The translations under genes were made by a program, and so were the position numbers. A stretch of DNA of 64,000 bases from an uncultured Boseongicola sp. (lineage in GTDB: Bacteria > Actinomycetota > Acidimicrobiia > Spongiisociales > ZC4RG35), in contig CAXMMT010000010.1 of NCBI GenBank assembly GCA_964194555.1, forward strand, positions 1,917 through 65,916, written 5' to 3'. Below, in pieces: positions 1 to 8,085 of this stretch. Within the stretch, counting starts at the first letter, position 1. Every line of letters starts with the position of its first letter. The notes beneath the pieces were generated by a model. The model did no database searches, was not told the DNA's origin, and saw nothing but the letters and a program-made list of their open reading frames with translations.

Positions 1-62
1 CCATCCTCAACGTCCAGGCACACATGCGCTTCTGATCAGCCGCACATAATGCCGGTTATGGG

Positions 63-1211
63 CTAGCTGGCTGGTGCCGTCCTGATCTCGTCCACGATGT
101 CGAGGATCGGGATTGTGGCCGTCGAGTTTGTCTCGGTGTCGTAGAACACCAGCCTCGCAGTTCCCGTGTCATGGTTCCACTGCTGAAAGATCAGAAAGCG
201 ACCGTCAGTAGACCAGGTCAGAGCGACGGTCGCTTCTGAACCAGTTTCGGTCATTTCCGTGAGCACCTCGCCACTCTTTGAACTGAAGACGCGAATGGTT
301 CCCGTTGCCGAGTGAGGGCCGTCGTCGACAACAAGGGCAACCAAGGTCCCATCCGGCGAATATGAAACGTCTTCCCACTCGCCATCGATTTGGAAAGTCT
401 CGATCGTTCCCGGAAGGCCAGAGTCGATTGTGGTCTCGGAACCGTCGGCAGCGATGAAGATGCGAGTGTCGTCGCCGGGCGCGGGTTGCCCTATCGAGAC
501 ACCCTCGTTGTCCCAGCGCTCCACCCAGACGTTCTGTTCCTCGTTGCCACATCCCTGGTCGACTGACCCCAACGGAAGCGGTCGGGACGCGGGGTCCGAA
601 ACCTCCAAAGTATGAAACGTGGCGACGCCAGGCTGTGACGGCGGACACGACAGGAACACCAAAGCTCCTGGCCGAGTCTCATGCCACCAGGCTTGGACCA
701 CGTCCAGCCCTTCCCACTCGCTCTCGGATGGGTCCATTCCAGTGTCAGGAACCTCCGTGACGATCAGACTGCCGCGAGACACCCGAGCGAAAAGGGTGCC
801 TGATGCGTTCAGCCCGACCGACCCACCCATCACGCTGCGAGGCACAAACAAAGCCAGTTCCGTCCTTCGCTCTGACGCTCGCCAACGCAGCACGTACAAC
901 CCTGGGCCTGGCGTCTCCAACAGCACAACCGTGTCGGTGAACCCAGGCACCGCGTCAGACAGCGGCATCGGCAGCAACACCATCTCACGGACTGATGAGG
1001 TCGAAGGTGCCTCGATGTCAGACGCGGTAGTCGCCGTGGCTGCACCGTCAATCTCAGCTGGTTCGACGGGTGCCGGTGACCCGAGGAGGCTGCCCAACAC
1101 GAATGCTGCCACCCCGACTGCAGCGGTTATCAACCACGCCCAGCCCCTACCCGGCTCTTTACTGGGTCGCGGAGCGAACTCCGGATCGATCATTGTTCGA
1201 TCATCGGCCAT
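63..1211 (-). CDS. hypothetical single-pass membrane protein with beta-propeller-like C-terminal region
   Basis: 382-aa ORF. N-terminal TM helix WAWLITAAVGVAAFVLGSLLG. C-terminal blades resemble TolB/WD40-like repeats (YSPDGTLVALVV, WSTDGRFLIF). Confidence 0.55.
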   Translation of the reverse strand: MADDRTMIDPEFAPRPSKEPGRGWAWLITAAVGVAAFVLGSLLGSPAPVEPAEIDGAATATTASDIEAPSTSSVREMVLLPMPLSDAVPGFTDTVVLLETPGPGLYVLRWRASERRTELALFVPRSVMGGSVGLNASGTLFARVSRGSLIVTEVPDTGMDPSESEWEGLDVVQAWWHETRPGALVFLSCPPSQPGVATFHTLEVSDPASRPLPLGSVDQGCGNEEQNVWVERWDNEGVSIGQPAPGDDTRIFIAADGSETTIDSGLPGTIETFQIDGEWEDVSYSPDGTLVALVVDDGPHSATGTIRVFSSKSGEVLTEMTETGSEATVALTWSTDGRFLIFQQWNHDTGTARLVFYDTETNSTATIPILDIVDEIRTAPAS

Positions 1212-1487
1212 TGGTCACCGTCAAACGCAGCCACCATCCCCAATTCGAGACGATCAACAAGACCGTAATCACCCCAGCGACCGAACCTGGCCAAGTGCTG
1301 AAGGTCCAGCCGCACATAACGGCACTTATGTGCGGTCTGTTTCTGCGACCCGATGCAAACCTTCTGCAAACGCGCCAGCAGACACTCCCGGATACTCGAG
1401 GGCACTGGCGGAGATGTTGTGTCTGGAATTTCTCAACTCGGGGTTACAGAACGGCATAGGAGGACACCAGCGGACACGTGGTGCATT

Positions 1488-1532
1488 GGTCTCATAACCC
1501 GAAGGTCGCGGGTTCAAATCCCGCCCCCGCTA
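1488..1532 (+). other. 3' fragment of a tRNA-Met(CAU)-like gene (anticodon loop to discriminator); possible att scar
   Basis: Anticodon loop ctcataa (1491-1497), variable aggtc, perfect T-arm gcggg-ttcaaat-cccgc (1508-1524), acceptor 3' strand ccccgct plus a (1525-1532). No matching 5' acceptor strand (agcgggg) or D-arm at the required spacing upstream. Confidence 0.55.
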
Positions 1533-1750
1533 CTACAAGCTCCTAGGTCACCGACCTGGGAGTTTCTCGTTGGAATGGGGGAGACGACGATGTCAAACCT
1601 GTGTCAAAACATGGCAGTCGGCAGATAGCTGTGCTGCTTCGGTTCATGCTTGACATGCTGGCTCCGGTTGGTGGGTGACAGTTATTGGACGCGGCTCCGG
1701 TTCCTGGGCCACGGTTGTTCCGCTGGTAGCACTTTGGTCGCTTATCAGAT

Positions 1751-2452
1751 ATGATAAATGACATGGTGAGGATGAGCCCAACACTAAAGCGAGTTTTGGC
1801 ATCCGCTGCCCGGTTGCAAGAGGTGGTGCCGGACGCTGTTCTGGTTGGGGGTTCGGCAGCGGCGCTTCACGCCGGTCATCGCGATTCGTTCGACCACGAT
1901 CACGTCCTTGCTGATCTGGTCGATAGGTACGAGACGGTGTTGGAAGCCGTGGAGGCGACCGAAGGGTGGGCGACGTCGGTTCGAGCCTCGAAGCCACCGT
2001 TCACCATCATGGGCAGTCTCATGGGTGTTGAGGCGGGCCTCCGCCAGATGCGTCGAACTCGGCCCCTGGAGACCTTTGAGGTCGACGTGGGTGAAGGCGC
2101 ATCGGTTGTCGCTCCCACCGCTCCCGAGGCGCTGCGTGTCAAGGCGTTCCTCGTCGTCCAGCGGAACGCTGTTCGCGACTATCTCGACGTCGTCGCTCTG
2201 GCCGAGCATGTCGGCCTCGATACCGCGGTTGAGATCCTCTCCGAGATCGACTTCTACTATGCGGATCGTTCCGGCGAGCCGGGATCGGTTCTGACTTCGC
2301 TCGTGATTTCACTTGCCGATCCGAAGCCGCGGGACACCGAGGTGATCGACGAGTTGCCTCGTTACAAGGGTCTCGAGGTGCGCTATCACCGTTGGGACGA
2401 TGTCGTCGAGGTCTGTCACTCTCTGGCTCTTCGACTGGGCGGAGCGGTGTGA
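1751..2452 (+). CDS. nucleotidyltransferase, AbiEii/AbiGii (DUF1814, MenT-like) toxin family
   Basis: 233-aa ORF with LVGGSAAALHAGHRDSFDHDHV (GG..A then D.D.D) and KAFLVVQRNAVRDYLDVVAL (K...R...RD..D), both typical of this NTase family. Start could instead be an internal ATG a few codons downstream. Confidence 0.65.
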   Translation: MINDMVRMSPTLKRVLASAARLQEVVPDAVLVGGSAAALHAGHRDSFDHDHVLADLVDRYETVLEAVEATEGWATSVRASKPPFTIMGSLMGVEAGLRQMRRTRPLETFEVDVGEGASVVAPTAPEALRVKAFLVVQRNAVRDYLDVVALAEHVGLDTAVEILSEIDFYYADRSGEPGSVLTSLVISLADPKPRDTEVIDELPRYKGLEVRYHRWDDVVEVCHSLALRLGGAV

Positions 2453-2901
2453 TGCCGGTCGCGTTCCGCAACGTTGATGCCCTGCCGACAGACGATGTCC
2501 GCACCTGGCCCTATGAGGCGCTCGTCACGGTGATCGACCGCGGGCTGGTCAGTGATTGGCAGCCAATCTTCACCGAGCTACGGCGTTCGCCGTGGGGAAA
2601 AGTGGCTCGCCGCGTGGAGCAGTATGTCTCCTACCGTGAGCCAGATGGGGTGAGCACGCTGTTCACCCTCGCCATCGAACGCGCCCGTATTGATGTCGGG
2701 AACGCCGATCGAGCCGAGGTGGCGACCCGGGTTCGGATGGCTGTTACCGGTTCCGGGCTCACCAATAACGAGTTCGCCCGACTGGTGGGAACCAGCGCAT
2801 CGCGGCTGAGCACGTATCTGAGCGGCAAAGTCATTCCATCAGCAGCGATGCTCGTGAGAATGGAACGGGCCGCCAGGAACATGCAGCACGGCGCGAGTTA
2901 G
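2452..2901 (+). CDS. XRE-type helix-turn-helix protein, putative cognate antitoxin/regulator
   Basis: ATG at 2452 overlaps the upstream TGA (2450-2452), suggesting translational coupling. C-terminal HTH LTNNEFARLVGTSASRLSTYLSGKVIPS. The tracked ORF start at 2392 would overlap the NTase gene. Confidence 0.6.
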   Translation: MPVAFRNVDALPTDDVRTWPYEALVTVIDRGLVSDWQPIFTELRRSPWGKVARRVEQYVSYREPDGVSTLFTLAIERARIDVGNADRAEVATRVRMAVTGSGLTNNEFARLVGTSASRLSTYLSGKVIPSAAMLVRMERAARNMQHGAS

Positions 2902-2971
2902 AGGCACGAGCGCGAGAGGTTGAGAGATTCTCAAGGTCAGGCGAGTCACGATTCGGGCTCATATTTGAACG

Positions 2972-3155
2972 ATGGCCAGGGCCGGCGATACGAACTTGGA
3001 GTTCGTTCGAGAGGGAGCCAACCACGAGGTCTGGTCGATCGGAGACAAGCGGCTCGTGATCCCTCGTGATCCCTCGGCATCGAGAGATCAACGAGCACAC
3101 TGCAAAGGGCATTATCAAAAGAGCGGAGGAGGTGGCGAAAGATGGCGACGAGTAG
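2972..3155 (+). pseudogene. hicA: HicA-family toxin gene disrupted by a 10-bp tandem duplication
   Basis: REGANHEVW...RLVIPR is followed by the duplicated cgtgatccct (3055-3064 and 3065-3074). Removing one copy restores ...VIPRHREINEHTAKGIIKRAEEVAKDGDE* ending at TAG 3153-3155, which overlaps the hicB start. As it stands the frame runs on to 3301 with no family similarity. Confidence 0.6.
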
Positions 3156-3525
3156 CACAGCACCGGCAAAGGCGCACCGGGTCGAAGTGGTTCGGTCCGG
3201 CGAATTGTGGGCGATCACTGTGCCGGCGCTCGTCGGCGTGCTCTCTCAGGCCAAACGGTTGGACCAGGTCGAAGACAGAGCCCGCAAGGCCATCTCCTTG
3301 ATGTTGGACGTCGATGAAGACGACGTCGGCGACCTCGATGTCGTCGTGACACCGCCTGCCCGCGTAGCCGATCTGCTGGAGACACTAGAGGAGTCAGTTG
3401 CCGCGGCTGACGAAGCGACTCGCTCCGCGGTAGCTGTCCGACGTAAAATCGCCGAACTGCTCCGCGATGAAGGTCTCCCAATGCGCGACGTTGCCCGCAA
3501 CGTCGCTGAACACCCATCCGGCTGA
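3142..3525 (+). CDS. hicB: HicB-family antitoxin
   Basis: 127-aa ORF whose ATG (3142) overlaps the restored hicA stop. The N-terminal pattern HRVEVVRSGELWAITVPALVGVLSQAKRLDQVEDRARKAISLMLDV is typical of actinobacterial HicB. The C-terminal DNA-binding part looks short. Confidence 0.55.
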   Translation: MATSSTAPAKAHRVEVVRSGELWAITVPALVGVLSQAKRLDQVEDRARKAISLMLDVDEDDVGDLDVVVTPPARVADLLETLEESVAAADEATRSAVAVRRKIAELLRDEGLPMRDVARNVAEHPSG

Positions 3526-3834
3526 CTGGATACCCTCGGCCGCTCGCTGCGGCGAAGCCCGGTGTTGGCGAGGGCGTATACAGCGGAGCCCCGGGTTGGG
3601 CAGGCGTGAAGGCGACCCACACGGGGCCGTACCTCGACTGTCCGGCAACCGGGAACCATTTTCTTGGTGTTTTCTTGGTCGAGGCGGTGTTATACGCCAA
3701 CCCTGAGTCTCGGAGAGTGTGATCTGTGACATATCCAACCCAGGATCCACTCTCGATCGTTCGGCGGCGATGGTCATGGGGATTCGGTCCACATCGACAT
3801 TGCGCCATCTAAACCACCCGGCTAAACCTTTCGC

Positions 3835-4180
3835 ATGAATCAGAACGAGTTGCTCGAAGCGCTGCTCAAGGCCGACACTCCGACCGCCTGCAATGCCCTG
3901 GAGATTGTGATGGGCGGAAGGAGCGCCCAAATTTTCACGAAGGGACCCGTCATCCCGATCGATCCCAAACTGCCGGCTTTCGTCGGCTATGCGGTCACGG
4001 CCAGACTGTGAGCGTCAGTGCCGGCCGACATTGACTCGGTTGCAGTCCTTCAGCGTCGTCTGGACTACTCTGGACGGTTGGTGAGGCTGCCGCCACTCGA
4101 CCGACAGTCGTCGTGATCGACGACAGGTGCGCGGGGCGTGACATATTGTTTCGACTTTCGAGGATGCTCACGGCACGGTC
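3835..4180 (+). pseudogene. RraA-like / HMG-aldolase family gene remnant (multiple frameshifts, truncated)
   Basis: 58-codon ORF 3835-4011, MNQNELLEALLKADTPTACNALEIV...DPKLPAFVGYAVTARL*, matches the N-terminus of RraA-like proteins. Family-like pieces continue in other frames (LQRRLDY, PTVVVIDD). The region is cut off by the convergent gene ending at 4183. Confidence 0.4.
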
Positions 4181-4182
4181 GA

Positions 4183-4680
4183 CTATTCCAGGCCCAGCTC
4201 TGCTTCCGGCGGGCGGGGGTGCAGATTCCGATCCATGATCGTGCGTACGCATGAGTTCCAGCGGAGGATGGCATCGTTGTTGCCCTCAGGTTGCATCTCG
4301 GCGGCCTTCTCAAACTGGTCCATGGCCTCGCGGAACCCGTCATAGGCGAATACGGCGCTTGGACCCCTGGTCAATAGGGCACGAGCACGACGCTCGGCGA
4401 TGAGGCCGTTGTAGTAGTGACGCTGATACTCGTCGGTGAGCCGGCTGGCGTAGTCCTTGGCGTCGCTCACAGACGCGGCGCCATCGGTCTTGAACTCGTC
4501 TGTGATCGCCAGCACCAGGGCGACTAGGGCACGCTGATTGTCGGGGTCGACGGTGAGGACGTCGTGACAGATGCTTCTGGCTTGGACCGGTTCGTTGAGT
4601 AGCCGATAGTGCTCGGCACGCCTGATTGCGGCATCGACGGCATCACGTGTGATTGTCCTTAGCTCGAACTCTTCTGTCAC
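4183..4680 (-). CDS. hypothetical helical (TPR-like) protein
   Basis: GTG at 4680 preceded by aaggagaagc (SD); 165 aa. The longer 245-aa version of the ORF would overlap frdD. Confidence 0.5.
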   Translation of the reverse strand: MTEEFELRTITRDAVDAAIRRAEHYRLLNEPVQARSICHDVLTVDPDNQRALVALVLAITDEFKTDGAASVSDAKDYASRLTDEYQRHYYNGLIAERRARALLTRGPSAVFAYDGFREAMDQFEKAAEMQPEGNNDAILRWNSCVRTIMDRNLHPRPPEAELGLE

Positions 4681-4700
4681 GCTTCTCCTTTTCGTCGAGA

Positions 4701-5057
4701 TTACATTCGGAGCGCGGCCACCCCGGCCACGATCGTTCCAACCAGAGCGGTTCCGTAAAACAACCATGCCTGGTTTCCGACAAGACCGAACCCCAGATCG
4801 ACCAGTACATATCGGAAGCGGTGTGCCCAGTGGAATAGGAACATGAACACCAGGCCGACCAGAACGAGCCGCGTCACCGGGTTCCTGACGAGGGAAACGA
4901 GGTCCTGCTTCGAGACCCACCCTGCCGGAACAGCTATCCCGCTGACGAACACCATGGCCGGCAAGAGCATGGCCGATGCTGTTCCTCCACCTGCAAATAG
5001 CAGCCAGAAAAAAGGGGCGCTCCGGTCGGGTTTCGAGCTCACCTGAACACCAGCCAC
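4701..5057 (-). CDS. frdD: fumarate reductase membrane subunit D
   Basis: 118 aa with 3 TM segments. APFFWLLFAGGGTASAMLLPAMV matches the FrdD N-terminal signature. Last gene of the frdABCD order. Confidence 0.75.
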   Translation of the reverse strand: MAGVQVSSKPDRSAPFFWLLFAGGGTASAMLLPAMVFVSGIAVPAGWVSKQDLVSLVRNPVTRLVLVGLVFMFLFHWAHRFRYVLVDLGFGLVGNQAWLFYGTALVGTIVAGVAALRM

Positions 5058-5419
5058 ATGACGGCTCCCGAAATCATCAGAAAGAGAATGCTCGTGGTTC
5101 CGGCAATGACGTCGGCATCAACTCGCTCGTCGTCCCTCCACAGGACCATGACCTTGGGTGTGAGAGCTATCCAGGTGCCGGTGTGATAAAGCGCCAGCGT
5201 CAGAATCGCGACGTGAAGCCACACACTCAACGAGCTCGACAGGAATGTGTAGAAGGTCGAGAATGCTTCGGTGTCGGCGGCCGACCACAGCGCCCAGATG
5301 ACCAGCAGGGCGTAGGCGAAAACCGCCAAGCTGGTCAACTCTCTCATCATGAACTGGAAGTAGGCGGCCTTCTTCAGCCACCAGTTCCGGGGAAGTGGTC
5401 TGTTGAGTTCTCGAGTCAT
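5039..5419 (-). CDS. frdC: fumarate reductase membrane subunit C
   Basis: 126 aa with 3 TM segments. WWLKKAAYFQFMMRELTSL resembles the mycobacterial FrdC N-terminus. Overlaps its neighbours by a few nt. Confidence 0.75.
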   Translation of the reverse strand: MTRELNRPLPRNWWLKKAAYFQFMMRELTSLAVFAYALLVIWALWSAADTEAFSTFYTFLSSSLSVWLHVAILTLALYHTGTWIALTPKVMVLWRDDERVDADVIAGTTSILFLMISGAVMWLVFR

Positions 5420-6168
5420 CAGCCACCCCTCTTCGGCATGACAACGGACTTGGCCCAGTCAGTGGCGTATGACAGTTTGAGCATCTGAATCGCCCCCGCG
5501 GGATCGACGCCTTTAGGGCAGACTTGAGTGCACTCGCCGACATAGGTGCATGCCCAGATGCCCTCGTGTGCGGTGACTGCGGCGGCTCGTTCCTTCATTC
5601 CGTCATCGCGGGAGTCGAGGTTGTAACGCTCGGCCAGGGCCAACGCCGCAGGTCCGGTGAACGACGAGTCGAGTCCATAGACCGGGCAGGCCGAATAGCA
5701 AAGCATGCAGTTTATGCACATGCTGAAACGCTTATAACGGGCTACCTGGCCGGGTGTTTGCAGATTCTCGCCTTCCTCGAGTGGCTTGTCCTCATCGGGG
5801 ATCAGCCAGGGAGACACCGTCGGCAGCTTCTCCATGAAGTCGTCCATGTTGATGACGAGGTCGCGTATGACCGGGAAGTGAATGAGAGGCTCAATCCTCA
5901 AGGTCTCGGTGTCGTAATCCCGGATGAATGTCTCACAAGTCAGCTTGGGATCGCCGTTGACCATCATTCCGCAGCTGCCACATACTCCCATTCGACATGA
6001 CCAGCGGAAGCTGAGGGTCGAGTCGATCTCGGCCTTGATGTGATTGAGGGCGTCGAGCACCACCCAGTTGGGTTGATAGTCGATCTCGTAACTCTGAAAC
6101 GTTGGCTCGGTCTGATCGTCAGGCAGATAGCGATAGACCTCTAGAACGGTCCGCTCAATCACCCCCAT
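5419..6168 (-). CDS. frdB: fumarate reductase/succinate dehydrogenase iron-sulfur subunit
   Basis: 249 aa. 2Fe-2S motif [15 protein letters not shown] and 4Fe-4S/3Fe-4S motifs [12 protein letters not shown] and [12 protein letters not shown]. Confidence 0.9.
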   Translation of the reverse strand: MGVIERTVLEVYRYLPDDQTEPTFQSYEIDYQPNWVVLDALNHIKAEIDSTLSFRWSCRMGVCGSCGMMVNGDPKLTCETFIRDYDTETLRIEPLIHFPVIRDLVINMDDFMEKLPTVSPWLIPDEDKPLEEGENLQTPGQVARYKRFSMCINCMLCYSACPVYGLDSSFTGPAALALAERYNLDSRDDGMKERAAAVTAHEGIWACTYVGECTQVCPKGVDPAGAIQMLKLSYATDWAKSVVMPKRGG

Positions 6169-7927
6169 AGACCCTCTCGCCCGGCGGCCATCGGGTGATG
6201 GTCACGTCCTTGTAGCCGATTGTGGGATTGCCTTCGCTGCGGTACGCCAGCGAATGCTTGAGAAAACCTGCGTCGTCACGGTCGGGGTGGTCTGTCCGCT
6301 GATGGGACCCCCGAGACTCCGTTCGGGCCAGGGCACTATGGGCGATAGCTTCTCCGATGTCGAGCATCGCCCCGAGTTCGAGAGCGGTTACCAACTCGGT
6401 GTTGAAGGTTCGACTGGTGTCGGTCAGGACGAGCTTCTCGTATCGCTCTTTCAAGTCGGTGATCGTCGAGCATGCTCGTCCCAGAGTGGCTTCGTCTCGA
6501 AAAATGCCCGCGCCCTCCTCGAGAGCTTCTTGTAAGTCGGACCGAATACGAGAAGCTGTCTCGCCACCGCCGTTTCTTCGGAGCAGTGTGGCGTCTAGTC
6601 GACTCTGTTCCGATCTCGCTGAGTTCTCTAGCAGCTGATTCGAAGGATGGGATGCGCCGCCAGCGTGGTCCGCTGCTGCTATTGCAGCTCGCGCCCCAAA
6701 AACAAGAATCTCGGTCAGCGAGTTCGACCCTAGGCGGTTGGCTCCATTGACACTGACGCAGGCACATTCCCCCGCGGCGAAAAGGCCAGGCAGAGACGTT
6801 GCCCCTTCAGTGTCGGTGTCGATGCCGCCCATCATGTAATGGACGACAGTTCGCACCGGGATCGGATCGTGTACCGGGTCGATGCCGACATAGCGGACCG
6901 CCAACTCTCGAACCATCGGGATCTTGCGGTCGATCTCCCTCTCGCCCAGATGTCGGATGTCGAGCTCTACGTAGTCGCCGTCAGCGCCCTCGAAGGTTCG
7001 ACCCGCTTCGCGTTCCTTGATGAAGGCCTGGGAGAGGCGATCCCGTGGACCCAACTCCATTGTTCGTTTCTTTGGGTGCTCAGGATCCTTCAGGTCGAGC
7101 GGTTGGCCAAGCCCATAGTCCTGGAGATAGCGGTTGCCCTCATTGTTGACCAGAATCCCGCCCTCGCCTCGAGCGGCTTCAGTGATGAGGATGCCGGTTC
7201 CGGGAAGGCCGGTCGGGTGGTATTGGACGAACTCCATGTCCTTGAGGGGCACTCCGGCTCGGTAAGCAAGGGCCATCCCATCACCGGTCTTGATGCTGCC
7301 GTTGGTGGTGAACGGATAGACGCGGCCCCCTCCACCGGTACAGAGGATGACCGACTTCGCCCCGATCGAGAGCATCTCCCCGGTGCGGATATCGATGGCG
7401 GTGACCCCCTGACAACGGCCGTCCGCGACGATGAGACTCGTGACGAACCACTCGTCGTAACGGGTGATCGCCTCGTACTTGAGGGTCGTCTGGAAAAGGG
7501 TATGAAGGAGGTGGAAGCCGGTTTTATCGGCGGCGTACCACGTCCGTTCCAGTTTCATGCCACCAAATGGGCGTACCGAAACCCGGCCGTCGGGGTCACG
7601 GCTCCATGGACATCCCCAATGTTCCAGCTGAAGCATCTCGTCGCTAGCGTTCTCGACGAGAACCTCGACGGCGTCCTGGTCTGCCAGCCAGTCGGATCCG
7701 GAGATTGTGTCGTATGCGTGGTCGTCAAGCGAGTCGCTGGCGGAGATGACGGCCGCAGCACCCCCTTCGGCCGAGACGGTATGACTTCGCATGGGGTAGA
7801 CCTTTGAGATCACCCCGACACTGGTGTCCGGAAAATCCCGCGCAACAGCGATGGCCGCACGGAGTCCTGCGCCACCGGCTCCGACGACCAGGATGTCATG
7901 CTGAAGAGGTTTCAATGTTCCGACCAT
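6155..7927 (-). CDS. frdA: fumarate reductase flavoprotein subunit
   Basis: Start taken at ATG 7927 ([28 protein letters not shown] Rossmann fold). [14 protein letters not shown] and the C-terminal ESRGSHQR motifs are present; 590 aa. The tracked ORF extends 50 codons further upstream without family similarity. Confidence 0.9.
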   Translation of the reverse strand: MVGTLKPLQHDILVVGAGGAGLRAAIAVARDFPDTSVGVISKVYPMRSHTVSAEGGAAAVISASDSLDDHAYDTISGSDWLADQDAVEVLVENASDEMLQLEHWGCPWSRDPDGRVSVRPFGGMKLERTWYAADKTGFHLLHTLFQTTLKYEAITRYDEWFVTSLIVADGRCQGVTAIDIRTGEMLSIGAKSVILCTGGGGRVYPFTTNGSIKTGDGMALAYRAGVPLKDMEFVQYHPTGLPGTGILITEAARGEGGILVNNEGNRYLQDYGLGQPLDLKDPEHPKKRTMELGPRDRLSQAFIKEREAGRTFEGADGDYVELDIRHLGEREIDRKIPMVRELAVRYVGIDPVHDPIPVRTVVHYMMGGIDTDTEGATSLPGLFAAGECACVSVNGANRLGSNSLTEILVFGARAAIAAADHAGGASHPSNQLLENSARSEQSRLDATLLRRNGGGETASRIRSDLQEALEEGAGIFRDEATLGRACSTITDLKERYEKLVLTDTSRTFNTELVTALELGAMLDIGEAIAHSALARTESRGSHQRTDHPDRDDAGFLKHSLAYRSEGNPTIGYKDVTITRWPPGERVYGGD

Positions 7928-8085
7928 CGATACTGTCACGCAACCTACACAACGGTGTTGGATGCTGATTGCGATTGCCCAGTTGGCGAGTGTCGACCGC
8001 GGAGCGGCTCGCCTCGTCAGAACGAGCGGCCGGCAGCCGTTTGAGCCCCGGCGCCGGTCGAGGCCCCCCTGTAGCATCGACCGTG

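Noticed and set aside
1469-1532. Attempt to call a complete tRNA starting at agcggac
   Set aside because: This leaves only 64 nt with no room for a D-arm. The anticodon-stem 5' strand does not pair (ttggt versus cccga) and the acceptor pairs only partially. It is therefore reported as a 3' fragment.
3659-3681. Short direct repeat ttttcttggt(g)ttttcttggt
   Set aside because: There are only two copies of a 10-mer within a decayed non-coding stretch, with no associated structure or gene.
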